Assembly: GCA_918797485.1 (NCBI GenBank)
Contig: CAKKNE010000003.1
Location: 992,001-1,056,000 of the forward strand
Direction: 5' to 3'
Source: Pelagomonas calceolata
Taxonomy: Eukaryota
Length of the DNA: 64,000 nucleotides
Shown: in pieces, positions 50,809 through 60,873 of the stretch
Numbering within the stretch: position 1 is the first letter of the stretch
Layout of the letters: every line of letters starts with the position of its first letter
Made by a program: the position numbers and the translations under genes
Notes under the pieces: generated by a model
What the model was told of the DNA's origin: nothing
Databases searched by the model: none
What the model saw: only the letters and a program-made list of their open reading frames with translations

Positions 50809-53800
50809 CTATACCTGCGACCTAAGCCCGGCGAGCTGCGCCTCGAACATGCTCCGCCGCCGCTCCGATTCTTCCGGCGTCGGCGGCGCGGGCGGCGACC
50901 GCGGCGGCGTCTTCGACCGCCGCTTCACCTTCGCGATTCCGTTCGAGACGAGCTCGCCGGTCTTGGCCACGAGGCCGGTTGTCGTCGCCTTGATCTGGTC
51001 CGTCTTCGCTTTTGTCAAAGCGGAGAAGCGCGACCAGGCGTCGGGCAAGGCCGGTTTCGGCGACGGCGGCGCGGCCGCGGACCGGACCGGCCGCGGCGCG
51101 CGCGCGAGACGCAGTTCCAAATCGACCCGCCCTGGCCGGTCGGGCGACGGCCGCGACTTGACCTCCAGGACGACGTCGCCGCGAGCGCGTAAGAGAGGCA
51201 CAATCAATTGCGCGAAACCGGCCTTGACCGCCGGCTCCAGCGACGCCAGCGTCAGGCCCGCCGGGAACTTGTGCGGGATGGTCGGGGACGTCGCGACGAC
51301 GTCGAGCCATAGCCGCACGTACTTTCTTTTTTGTTCATCGGCGGACCACTGCCTTAGTAGCGCGTCGACCTCCTCCGACTCGAGACCAAACTTCGGCACG
51401 GGGTAGGTCTGGGCCTCGTCGCGCCATCCGTCATCATCCACGATAGGTACATTGACACCACTCTTGCGCACGAAGGTGATCGTCACGGGCCTAGGTGCTT
51501 TCTGTATCGTCGCGGCGAAGGCCGCCTCCGTGGTCCCTGTCTCTACTGGTACACCGTCGACGGCCGCGACTATATCGTCGACGAGCACGCCGCGCGCCTC
51601 GGCGGCGCCCCGCGCGCCCACTACTTTTAAATCGCCGCTTTCCTGCAGCTTCACGAGCACGCCGAGCGGGCCCGCGCCAAACACGGCGTGGAAGCGCTCG
51701 CGGGCCGCCGGCGCCGGCGAGCGGGCCTTTTCGGTGTGCTCGCTGTACGACGGCGGCGCGGCCGCGGGCGGCGTCCTCGCCGGCGGCGTCCGCGGCGCAG
51801 GCGCCGGCGCGGGCGGCGTCTTCGGCGAGGGAGCCGGCGCGGGCGTCCTCGGCGAGGGCGCCGGCGCGGCGGCGCGCGAGGACGGCGGCGTCCGGGCGGC
51901 CGCCGGCGCGGGCACGGCCGCGCGCGGCGGCGGCGTGAGCGTCGCCGCCGCCGTCGCCGCCGCGCGCGCCCGCGTCGCCGGCGTCAGCGCGGCGCGCCGC
52001 GGCGCCGGCTTGCTCTCGCGCCGCGCGGGCGACGCGGCCTCCGCCGCCTCGCGGAGGCGCTGGAGCTGGGCCGCCGCGTCCTGCTCGGCCGCGCGGCGCG
52101 CGGCGCGCTCGGCGTCGAGCGCGGCCGCGAGCGTCTCGGCGCGCTCGCGCGCGGCCTCGGCGTCGGCCGTCGCCGCGGCCGTGGCGGTCGCCGCCCGGGA
52201 GAGCTCGGCGAGCCGCGACTCGGCGTCGCGGCGCGCGGCCTGCGCGTCGCCGCGCAGCTGGTTGGCCGCCGCGTCCGACGCGTCGAGCTTCGCCCGGAGC
52301 CGTGCCGCCTCGCCCTTGGCGGCGGCGGCCTCCTCGCGCGCGGCCGTCGCGGCGATGCGAGAAGCGGTCGCCGTGTCACTGTTTTCGTCGAGGGTAGCAG
52401 CGGCGGCGGCGCGCCGCCGCTCCGCGTCGTCGGCGCGCGCGAGCGCCGCGGCCGCGTCGGCCTCCCAGGCGGCGGCGTCGCGGATGGCGCGCTCGCCGGC
52501 GGCCAGCGCCGTGTCGCACTCGCGGCTCGCGCGCGCCGCGGCCGCGGCCGCGGCGTCGCCGCGCGCCGCCAGCGCGTGGCCCGCCGCCACGGCCGCCGCC
52601 GCCGCGTCTTCCGCGGCTTCGGCTCGGGCGCGCTCCCGCGCCGTTGCCGCCGCGCTCGCCGCGGCGTCCTCGCGCGCGTCGCTCGCGGTGGCCGTCGCGT
52701 CGGCGACGCGGGCCTCGAGTTGTGCTATCGCGTCGGCCTGCTCGAAGGCCAAAGCTGCGGCGGCGTCCGACGTGCGCCGTGCGTCGGCGGCGGCGTCCGA
52801 GCTTTGGCGCGCGGCGGCGAGGTCGGCCTCGAGCCTCGAGGCGGCCTCGCGCGCCTCCGCGGTCTCTGCCTTGGAGGCGTCGAGGGCCGCCGTCGCCGTG
52901 GCGGCCGCCTCGCGGGCGCTGGTGGCTTCCTCGAGCGCCGCGGCCAGCGTCTGCGCGGCGTCGGCCGCCTCGGACCGCGCCGTCGCGAGCTCGGCCTCGG
53001 CTTTCGTCGCCCGCTCGTCCCGCTCGCGCACGGCGCGCTTCAGGAGCTTGGTGTCCGCCTTTGCCGTCTCGAGGGCCTTTTTGGCTTCCGCTCGCGCGGC
53101 CTCGACGTCCGCGGATGTTTGCTTGGCCGCGTCGTCGGAGCTTTGGCGGGCGGCGGCGAGCGCCTCCTGGGACTTTTCGGCCTCGTCCTTGAGCGCCGCC
53201 AGCTCCTGAGTCGCTGCCAGGCTCGCCTCGAGGGCGCTCTTGCGTTCGGCCTCGAGCACATTCTTGAGCTTGTCGCACTCGGCGCGCGCTGCCGTGGCTT
53301 CGCCCCGCAGAGCGTCTGCTTCTTGCTTCGCGGCCTTGTCCGCGTTCGACCGCGCGGCCTCCAGAGCAGTCTTCAAGGTCTCGGTCTCCGCGCGAGCCGC
53401 CTGGACTTCGCCGCGCAGCGCGTCGGCCTCCTGGCGCGCCGCCGCCACGGCGTCGTTGCTAGAAGCGCGCGTATCCGCGAGCGCGCCCTTCAGGGCGTCG
53501 ATTTCTTGTTGCGCGTCGGCGCGCGCCGCCTTCACGTCCGCCGCCGAACGCTCGGCCGCGTCGTCGGAGCTTTGGCGCACGGTCGCGAGCGAAGCGGTCG
53601 CCGTCGCGAGCTGCTCCCGCGCGGCGTCGCGCTCGCCGCGGAGCGACGCCGCTTCAGCGTTCGACGTCGCGAGCGCCGATTTGGAAGTCTCCGCCTCGGC
53701 CCGCGCCGCCGCGGTCTCCGTGCGTGCGGCATCGAGCGCTTTTGTCGCGGTCGCCAGCTCGGCTCGAAGTTCGGTTTGGCCCACCGCCGTCGCGGTCCGT

Positions 53801-55125
53801 TCGGAGTCGAGCGCCTGCTTCGCACTGGCGGCCTCGGCGCGTGCCTCGTCGAGCGCTGTCTTGAGAGATGCGGCCGCCTCGCGTGCAATCGCTGCCGCCC
53901 GGTCTCCCGCGGCCTGGTTCTTGCTCTTGAGCGTCGACAGCTCCTTCGCTGCTGCCGCCGAGGCCTCGTCAGCGCTCTCGCGGGCCGCGGCGAGCGCTTG
54001 TTTCAGCTGGTCGCACTCGCCGCGCGCCGCCGTGACCTCGCCGCGCAAGCCGTCGGCTTCGCGGCGCGCGGCCTCGAGCGCCGCTGACGTCTGTTCCTGC
54101 GCATCGCCCGAGCTCTGGCGCGCGGCCTCGAGTTCGCCCCGGAGTGCCTCAACCTCCTTGGCCGCCGCCGCGCTCGCCTCGCGGGCACTCTTGCGCTCAG
54201 CCTCGAGCACGCTCTTGAGTTTTTCGCACTCGCCGCGCGCCGCGGCCGCCTCGCCCCGCAAAGCCTCCGCTTCTTGCTTCGCCGCGCGGTGCGCATTCGA
54301 GCGCGCAGCCTCCAGGGCTTCTTTCAACGTCTCGGTCTCCAAGCGAGCCGCTTGGGTTTCGCCGCGCAGCGCGTCGGCTTCCTGGCGCGCTGCGGCTTGA
54401 GCGTCGTCTCTGGACATGCGCGTTTCCGTGAGCGCGCTTTTCAGCGCGTCGATTTCTTGTTGCGCGGAGGCATCGGCGCGCGCAGCAGCCAGCTCCTTCT
54501 TGAGGCCGGCGACCTCCTGGTGCGCAGCCGCGACCGCATCGCCGCTGGATGCTCGTGCGGCGTCGAGAGCGCCCTTCAGGGAGTCGATCTCCTGGCGCGC
54601 CGTGGCGGTCGCGGCGTCCTCAGAAGCGCGCGCCGCGGCGAGTTCCTTTTTCAGGGCCTCGACCTCCTGGCGACTGCCGCTACCAGCGGTGGCGAGCTGC
54701 TGCTTGAGACCGGCGACCTCGGTGCGGCCCGCCGCCGCCGCGGTGCGCTCGGAGTCGAGCGCCGTCTTCAGAGACGCGGCCTCGTCGCGCGCGGTCGTCG
54801 CCGCCTGCTCCGCGACGATGCGCGCCGCATTCGCGTCCAGCGCCGACTTCTCGGCCGCGGCGACGCGCTCGCCCGCGTCGGCGCCGGACGTAGAGCTCGC
54901 AGGCGCAGCGCGCGCCGCGGCCAGCGCCTCCTCGAGCTGTCTCGCGTGTCTCCGGAGGAGTTTTCGGTCGCTGGCGGCTTGCGCGAGTTCTTCTCGCGCC
55001 GCGGCCAATGTGGCCTCGCCCTCTTTGAGCGCTGCCTCGGCTTGCGTCGCGCGCTCCTCGCGCTCGCGCACGGCACGCTTCAGCAGCTTAAGGTCCGCCT
55101 TTGCGCGCTCGAGCTTAGCTTCCAT
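50809..55125 (-). CDS. Large Ala/Glu-rich coiled-coil protein with Pro-rich linker and PDZ-like domain
   Basis: Long heptad region with internal repeats. FGAGPLGV...GVLVDDIVAAVDG...RPVTITF is PDZ-like. Confidence 0.75.
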   Translation of the reverse strand: MEAKLERAKADLKLLKRAVREREERATQAEAALKEGEATLAAAREELAQAASDRKLLRRHARQLEEALAAARAAPASSTSGADAGERVAAAEKSALDANAARIVAEQAATTARDEAASLKTALDSERTAAAAGRTEVAGLKQQLATAGSGSRQEVEALKKELAAARASEDAATATARQEIDSLKGALDAARASSGDAVAAAHQEVAGLKKELAAARADASAQQEIDALKSALTETRMSRDDAQAAARQEADALRGETQAARLETETLKEALEAARSNAHRAAKQEAEALRGEAAAARGECEKLKSVLEAERKSAREASAAAAKEVEALRGELEAARQSSGDAQEQTSAALEAARREADGLRGEVTAARGECDQLKQALAAARESADEASAAAAKELSTLKSKNQAAGDRAAAIAREAAASLKTALDEARAEAASAKQALDSERTATAVGQTELRAELATATKALDAARTETAAARAEAETSKSALATSNAEAASLRGERDAAREQLATATASLATVRQSSDDAAERSAADVKAARADAQQEIDALKGALADTRASSNDAVAAARQEADALRGEVQAARAETETLKTALEAARSNADKAAKQEADALRGEATAARAECDKLKNVLEAERKSALEASLAATQELAALKDEAEKSQEALAAARQSSDDAAKQTSADVEAARAEAKKALETAKADTKLLKRAVRERDERATKAEAELATARSEAADAAQTLAAALEEATSAREAAATATAALDASKAETAEAREAASRLEADLAAARQSSDAAADARRTSDAAAALAFEQADAIAQLEARVADATATASDAREDAAASAAATARERARAEAAEDAAAAAVAAGHALAARGDAAAAAAARASRECDTALAAGERAIRDAAAWEADAAAALARADDAERRRAAAAATLDENSDTATASRIAATAAREEAAAAKGEAARLRAKLDASDAAANQLRGDAQAARRDAESRLAELSRAATATAAATADAEAARERAETLAAALDAERAARRAAEQDAAAQLQRLREAAEAASPARRESKPAPRRAALTPATRARAAATAAATLTPPPRAAVPAPAAARTPPSSRAAAPAPSPRTPAPAPSPKTPPAPAPAPRTPPARTPPAAAPPSYSEHTEKARSPAPAARERFHAVFGAGPLGVLVKLQESGDLKVVGARGAAEARGVLVDDIVAAVDGVPVETGTTEAAFAATIQKAPRPVTITFVRKSGVNVPIVDDDGWRDEAQTYPVPKFGLESEEVDALLRQWSADEQKRKYVRLWLDVVATSPTIPHKFPAGLTLASLEPAVKAGFAQLIVPLLRARGDVVLEVKSRPSPDRPGRVDLELRLARAPRPVRSAAAPPSPKPALPDAWSRFSALTKAKTDQIKATTTGLVAKTGELVSNGIAKVKRRSKTPPRSPPAPPTPEESERRRSMFEAQLAGLRSQV

Positions 55126-55462
55126 GTTTTACTTCTCGGTCATTACTTCGTACGGACTGTTCCAACAGTTCTCAGCACACGCAGTCGCGTAACAATGGAG
55201 CAGGAGATTTTTTTTAGCAGAACGAGCTAATGATAGATACACTAGCATTTCAGGTACGGGGGGGTTTGCCGAGGCGGTTCTGCTTAGAAGGAGGTACGCT
55301 GTTATGAAAGAAGCGGCCCGCGCCCGCCGCCGATGAATCGGCGACGCGCGGTGTCTCCCCCCCAGGGGCTCCGCCCACTAGTCCTAGCACCGTAACATCG
55401 ACTACGGGGAACCCTGCGACGTAACTAGCCTCAGCCTTCAGATCTCATCACAATTTAGAACA

Positions 55463-57142
55463 CTAGGCCCCCGCCCCCGGACAGGACGCCTCCCGCGCCG
55501 CCGCCGACCAGAACTCCGCCGAGTAGTCGAAGCACAGCTCCTCGTTCGATTCGATGGACCGCGCCGCGTAGAGGCCGACGCGGTGGTCGCCATCAACAAA
55601 CATGACGCGCGGGATTAAGTTCGGCTGCGGGTGGTGGTTCGCGAACTTGAGTTTGGCGCCCTTCCGCGTCGCGTCGACCACGAGCTCGTCGTCCAGATCG
55701 AACAAAAACGAACACGAGAGCTTGTCGTAGATCTTTCCCCTTCTGTCGGCCTCGTCCTGCGACACCAGCTCGCCCCGATACTCGCCCACCAAATCGCCCT
55801 TCTTCACGGGTTTCAATGCAAAAGCCCCCCAGCCGTGGACCTGGGACCGCCCCAGCACCACGCGCGCGTGCCTATTGGTCCTCAATGCATTGGCAGCGCA
55901 TTCACCCCTACACGCACACACGTCCGGGTCGCACTCGCGCCCCAGCAAGAAGCAGTCGTTCCGCTCCGTGCCGCAGTGCAAACCGTCGCAGCCGGGGTAC
56001 CTTGCTCGACAATCAGAGGCACACGCGCAGTACTTCTCGCAAAAGCCGTTCCTCGCGACGCACGGACAAATCTTCGGGTCGTCGCAAGGACCGTCATGAT
56101 CACAACACACGTACTTCTCCTTCTTGCCCCTTTTACCTCCATGTTCCAAGAGTAGCCGTTGGCGCTTGAACAACATACAGCGATCCAGCTTCCGCTTCTT
56201 TTGGGGTAATAAGGGGATCGGGCCCGCTCTCTCAGCAACGAAGCCCAAAGCTCGTCGCAACGACGCGTCGTCCCGGAAGACCGCCGAGGCCTTCCTCACC
56301 AAAATGGCGTGGTCGCCCCGCGGCAGGTCGTTCCGCCGCTGCTCGCGGCGATACGCCTCCCGCAGGTCTATGGACGACTCGGCGAGCTCCCTCGCGGCGT
56401 CGTCCTCCGCGACGTCCGGGTCGACCCTTTCTCGTGACAAAGGTTGGCCGACCCCGTGGTTCGCACAGTCATAAACAAAGCACCGCCGACAGAAGAGCGA
56501 CTGGTACGAGTTCGCGAGCGACGCGTAGTCATTGCACTGGCGTAGATTCATGGCGTCTATCTTGACTTGTGCCTTCTTCTGACGCGGATTCCTCGCCGCG
56601 TCCAGCGCGGCGGAAACGGCGCGCGGGTCCTCTCTACACGTTTGGAGCTCGGATGACGCGGCCGCGGCCCAGCACAAACCCTCGGAGGGCCGCGGCGCCT
56701 GGACGCCCTCGTCGTAGGCCGCCACGTCCACACCGGTGGTATCGTCGTCTCCGAAGTAAGGAACGTATCTCAAGACCGGGTCGTCGCGCGCGTAGCGGTT
56801 TGTTCTTAATCCGGTCCACGCTAAAGCTTTGGGCAGGGGTACGTGGGGTTCTATCGTCTTCTTGAGCTTCGGGAAGGCGAGTGCAGGCCAACCTTTTGGT
56901 GCGCGCATCGCGCGGCGGTTCGGCTTTATGAGATCAGCGTTCCGCTCCTTCTCTCGCCGTCTCGCGTCTTCCAGTGAAGTCGTTTCGTCCAGTCTCGGGT
57001 AGAGCGCCTTGATTGCGGGCGGCGCGTAGGTCGGTTGCGCGACGAGCGGCGGCGCCGGGCCCGCTCGTTCTGCGCCTTTTTTTAGGGACGCGAAGACCGA
57101 TGCTATCGGCTCGCCGTCGCTCGCGTCGTTGGCTTCGGCCAT
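55463..57142 (-). CDS. E(z): Enhancer of zeste-type H3K27 methyltransferase (PRC2 catalytic subunit)
   Basis: YVPYFGDDD, FCRRCFVYDCANHG, CXC region, GWGAF, EYRGELVSQDEADRRGKIYDK, DATRKG, GDHRVG and EELCFDY. Confidence 0.92.
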   Translation of the reverse strand: MAEANDASDGEPIASVFASLKKGAERAGPAPPLVAQPTYAPPAIKALYPRLDETTSLEDARRREKERNADLIKPNRRAMRAPKGWPALAFPKLKKTIEPHVPLPKALAWTGLRTNRYARDDPVLRYVPYFGDDDTTGVDVAAYDEGVQAPRPSEGLCWAAAASSELQTCREDPRAVSAALDAARNPRQKKAQVKIDAMNLRQCNDYASLANSYQSLFCRRCFVYDCANHGVGQPLSRERVDPDVAEDDAARELAESSIDLREAYRREQRRNDLPRGDHAILVRKASAVFRDDASLRRALGFVAERAGPIPLLPQKKRKLDRCMLFKRQRLLLEHGGKRGKKEKYVCCDHDGPCDDPKICPCVARNGFCEKYCACASDCRARYPGCDGLHCGTERNDCFLLGRECDPDVCACRGECAANALRTNRHARVVLGRSQVHGWGAFALKPVKKGDLVGEYRGELVSQDEADRRGKIYDKLSCSFLFDLDDELVVDATRKGAKLKFANHHPQPNLIPRVMFVDGDHRVGLYAARSIESNEELCFDYSAEFWSAAAREASCPGAGA

Positions 57143-57335
57143 GGCTTATTCCTTCGCGCTGCGCACTGCTACTCGTCTTCGGGTCGCGATGCGCTCACAG
57201 GCCACGCGTCTACGTGTATCGCTACCACTGCACACCGCGCAGCGCGGACAGTACGTATGCCAGACAGTTGCGCTGCAGTCGAATGGCACGGATGTTGCAG
57301 CAATCGCGTGAAAAGTGATCAGCACCGCGGAGCTA

Positions 57336-57359
57336 GCTAGCGGCCTGTAAGACACTAGG
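57336..57359 (+). promoter_or_regulatory. CTAG-box element GCTAGCGGCCTGTAAGACACTAGG
   Basis: Between divergent E(z) and ubiquitin-like genes. Confidence 0.75.
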
Positions 57360-57650
57360 AAGCGAGTCAAAGACCCTTGCGAAGATCTGAGAAGACCGCT
57401 TTGCAGGCTCCACCGTGTCCCACGTTCTCCCTGGAGGAATCTGCTCTCAAAAACCCGGAGCAAATTGCTGCAGAGGACACGTAACAGGGTCGCTCGCACA
57501 TCGCCTGAACACGGATATAGCTGCGTGCACTGCTTTAACTGACTCTCTTAATCGTCGCGCTGCGCTGTTGTGAAGGACGCGGTTAATCAACGTCGCCACA
57601 GTGAGTAGCAGCATTGTAGCAGCTACAAGCTCGACGCCATCGCAGCGATC

Positions 57651-58001
57651 ATGAGACGGATACTCGCAGCAGCACTAGTCGTCGCCTGCGGTGCGGTCGC
57701 GCCGCGGACGCGCGCGCCCTCATCGGGCCTCGCCGCGCTTCGCCGGATCCCGCGTGGCGGCCAGCAGCTCTTCGTCAAGACGCTGTCCGGCAAGACGGTC
57801 TCCATCGAGTGCGAGGAGAGCGACAAGATCGAGGACGTCAAGGCCAAGATCGAGGAGAAGGAGGGCGTGCCCGTCGACCAGCAGCGCCTCATCTTCGCGG
57901 GCAAGCAGCTCGACGGCCAGAAGACGCTCCAGGAGTGCGGCATCAACGAGGGCGACTCGCTTTCGATGGTGCTGCGCCTCCGCGGCGGGCCCCGTGCGTA
58001 A
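57651..58001 (+). CDS. Signal-peptide-bearing ubiquitin-like protein (candidate periplastid/SELMA ubiquitin)
   Basis: Hydrophobic leader and basic linker ending RGG, then LFVKTLSGK...[11 protein letters not shown]...[10 protein letters not shown]. Confidence 0.8.
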   Translation: MRRILAAALVVACGAVAPRTRAPSSGLAALRRIPRGGQQLFVKTLSGKTVSIECEESDKIEDVKAKIEEKEGVPVDQQRLIFAGKQLDGQKTLQECGINEGDSLSMVLRLRGGPRA

Positions 58002-58016
58002 GATAGATCGACTCAC

Positions 58017-58709
58017 TTAGAAGACGAACCGGTCCTCGATGAGAGGCCTCCGCGCGGCGCCGGCGTCGACGCCGCCGAGCTTTCCCTCGACGGCGGCGAT
58101 GCGCGCGAGTAGCGTCTTCACGACATCGTCGCCGGCGTACGGCGCCGCGCGCCGCCTCAGCGCCTCCACCTCGCCGGGCGGGACGCGCGGCGGCAACTGC
58201 CGCGGTGGCGACGCCGGTGCGCGCGCCGGCGACCGCGGCGGCGACCGCAACGGTGATGCGGGCGGCGTGCGCGCCGGCGACCGCGCGGGCAGGCGCTGCG
58301 GCGACGGGGGCGGGCTGCTATACGCCGACGCGCGCGGCGAGAAGCCGCCGATGACGACCTCGGAAATCAGGTCGACGACGGCCGCCGCGTCGGACGCGAT
58401 GGGGTCGACGGCCGCGGGCGGCTCGGGCTCGGGCTCGGGCTCCGGCTCCGGCGGCGCGGGCGGCTGCGTGCGCGCGAGCAGCGAGTCGCAGCGCCTCAGC
58501 AGCTCCTCCGCGCGCGCGTCGAGCGCGGCGACGTCCGCGACGGGCGCCGCGGCGGGCGCCGCCGGCTCGGCTTCTGCCGCGGTGCGCCGGCCCGCCGTCC
58601 GCAGCCGCGCGAGCCGCGCGGCGTTCAGCGTCTGTGATTGCGACGGCGACGCGAGCGGGTCGCTCATGGTGCCGTCGTAGGGCGGCGGTGCATGCTCGTC
58701 GGCGTCCAT
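58017..58709 (-). CDS. Pro/Ala-rich hypothetical protein with SP repeats
   Basis: ORF from MDADEH fits the convergent gene layout. No domain recognised. Confidence 0.5.
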   Translation of the reverse strand: MDADEHAPPPYDGTMSDPLASPSQSQTLNAARLARLRTAGRRTAAEAEPAAPAAAPVADVAALDARAEELLRRCDSLLARTQPPAPPEPEPEPEPEPPAAVDPIASDAAAVVDLISEVVIGGFSPRASAYSSPPPSPQRLPARSPARTPPASPLRSPPRSPARAPASPPRQLPPRVPPGEVEALRRRAAPYAGDDVVKTLLARIAAVEGKLGGVDAGAARRPLIEDRFVF

Positions 58710-59492
58710 CGCTGGCAGTTGTATTTCGTCTTTGCGCGCCACGCCTGGACGGCTTGATTTGAATTGGTGCGCTCGCGCGCTCTTAATTTGAATTTAGCAA
58801 ATTGAGAGCACCTCTGTTTTTTTTGCTCTACGGCTGCCGCCGTTAAATTTCTTGCTGCTGCTGCTCGCGGCTTTTAAGAAGGCTCGCTGCGTGTCAAGTG
58901 TTGCTTCTCCAGCGCTCAGGACACGACGATAGATCGTCCCAAAAGTCGGGCACAAAACCCGCGCGAAATTGACGGACTTCCTCCCTCCTCTATGTTTCTC
59001 AGGAGTCTTAGCAATGACGTTTGGCGCCTCGAGGGCTGGCAGGGGCGACTTCGGCAGCCCTCCTCCAAAATCGGCGGTGGCGTGGACGGCATCGCGCAAT
59101 AGGCTAAGGTCGCTCGAGAGTGCAAGCTGCAGCGTCGGAACCTCGGTAGACGTGCGGACGCTGCATCGATCGAAGAGTTTTTAAGCTTTGGTGCTGGCTG
59201 GGCTTGAGCGACCTTAGGAGGCACAAGCCCTCCTAACCCTTCTATTATGCGCCGCGCCGGGCGGTTATGGCATATACCTCGACGCCATCGATGCGACGCC
59301 GTCCCTGGGACTGCGCCTGCTCGCTGGCGTGCGTGGTTCACGCCATCAGCACAAGCGGACGCTCGTCCCGACCCGCCGACGCCGTCCCTGCGGCTAGAAG
59401 GCGTGCGACGTCGACGCCGTAACGGCGGAGAGAGCGGAGAGAGCACCACACCTAACGCAACCATCACGCAGGCGAACGCGGTCGGGACCACC

Positions 59493-60440
59493 ATGGCGTC
59501 CGACCAGGTCATGGGCCAGGGGCCCTTTGACATGAAGTACTTTTTGTCCGGTGCACTCGCGGGCGGCATCTGCTGCTCGATCACGCACGGCGGTCTGGTG
59601 CCCGTCGACGTCGTCAAGACGAAGATCCAGCTGCAGCCGGATGTTTATAATAAGGGCTTCATCGGGGGCTTCGGCCAGGTCATCGAGGCCGAGGGCATGA
59701 ACGGCCTCCTGACCGGCCTCGGCCCGACGGCCCAGGGCTACTTCATCCAGGGCTGGTTCAAGTTCGGCGGCGTCGAGTTCTTCAAGATCAACATCACGAA
59801 GAGCGTCGGCGAGCAGAAGGCCTGGGACAACCGCAACTCGATCTACTTAGCGTCCAGTGCCATGGCCGAGTTCATCGCGGACATTTTCCTCTGCCCCTAC
59901 GAGGCGTGCCGCATCCGGCTGGTCAGCGACCCGGCCTACGCCGACTCCATGGTCGGCTGCGCGTCGAAGATGATGGCCGAGCAGGGCTTCGTCGGCGCCT
60001 TCTACTCCGGGTTCGTGCCCATCCTCTGCAAGCAGATCCCCTACACCATGGCCAAGTTCGCCGTCCAGGGCAAGGCCGCCGAGAACATCTACACGGCGCT
60101 CGGGTCGTCGCCGGACAAGCCGCCGGCGATCGGCAACCTGGGCGTCTCGCTGGCTTCCGGCGTCGTGGCGGGCGTCGCAGCGGCCATCATCTCCCACCCG
60201 GCGGACACGCTCCTCTCGAAAATCAACAAGAAGGGCGCCGGCGGCGAGGGCGGCATGTTCACGCGCATGGGTAGAATTGTGGCGGAGACGGGCCTCGTTA
60301 CGCTCTGCACGCAGGGCCTCGGCGCGCGCTGCGTCATGATCGGCACGCTGACGGCGGGCCAGTTCGGCATCTTCGACATCATCATGGGCATGACGGGCGC
60401 CAAGAAGTTCCACTTCCACGACCCGTCGAAGCTTCACTAG
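59493..60440 (+). CDS. Mitochondrial phosphate carrier (SLC25A3/MIR1 family)
   Basis: CSITHGGLVPVDVVKT, GYFIQGWFKFGG, AEFIADIFLCPYEA, KQIPYTMAKF and SHPADT. Confidence 0.92.
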   Translation: MASDQVMGQGPFDMKYFLSGALAGGICCSITHGGLVPVDVVKTKIQLQPDVYNKGFIGGFGQVIEAEGMNGLLTGLGPTAQGYFIQGWFKFGGVEFFKINITKSVGEQKAWDNRNSIYLASSAMAEFIADIFLCPYEACRIRLVSDPAYADSMVGCASKMMAEQGFVGAFYSGFVPILCKQIPYTMAKFAVQGKAAENIYTALGSSPDKPPAIGNLGVSLASGVVAGVAAAIISHPADTLLSKINKKGAGGEGGMFTRMGRIVAETGLVTLCTQGLGARCVMIGTLTAGQFGIFDIIMGMTGAKKFHFHDPSKLH

Positions 60441-60649
60441 ATAGTATATCCTCCCCCCCGCCGGTTATAGATAGATAGTACACGTCTCCTGGGCCCGCTG
60501 CGGCGGCGTCATTGTGGCTAGCCCCTCTGGCACGGACCCCCCGTCGCCGCGGCGTCTTGTTGGGATTCGAGGAACGTAGGAGGAACGACGTTTCTACGTG
60601 ATGCGGTAGAGCCCCGTTTTGTAGCTAATGCGGGTCCGCGGGCGCGGCT

Positions 60650-60674
60650 GCTAGCGGTTTGTAGAGTCACTAGT
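60650..60674 (+). promoter_or_regulatory. CTAG-box element GCTAGCGGTTTGTAGAGTCACTAGT
   Basis: Slightly diverged copy upstream of ATG 60874. Confidence 0.6.
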
Positions 60675-60873
60675 CAAGAGCCGATTTTGCAGTGGCTCAA
60701 AAACGGCTGGGAGCACGCACCGCACGGGCCTGCTTCACGCAGAAACCTTTTAGAAGCGTTCTACGGTCCCTGTTAACGGCATCGGCCGAAGACTCTGCGT
60801 GAATAGCCCCGCGGCCTAGACCTTCGTCCTTGGGGGGCAGAGAAAGTAGCTCCTGCGGGACCCCCAAAGAAGA

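Noticed and set aside
51452..55230. Very long plus-strand and alternate-frame ORFs (also at 9404-11341)
   Set aside because: Shadow ORFs of GC-rich, Ala-rich genes with low-complexity Arg/Ala/Ser content.
59247..59492. N-terminal extension of the phosphate carrier
   Set aside because: Contains introner-like sequence and is more likely leader or intron. Homology begins near ATG 59493.
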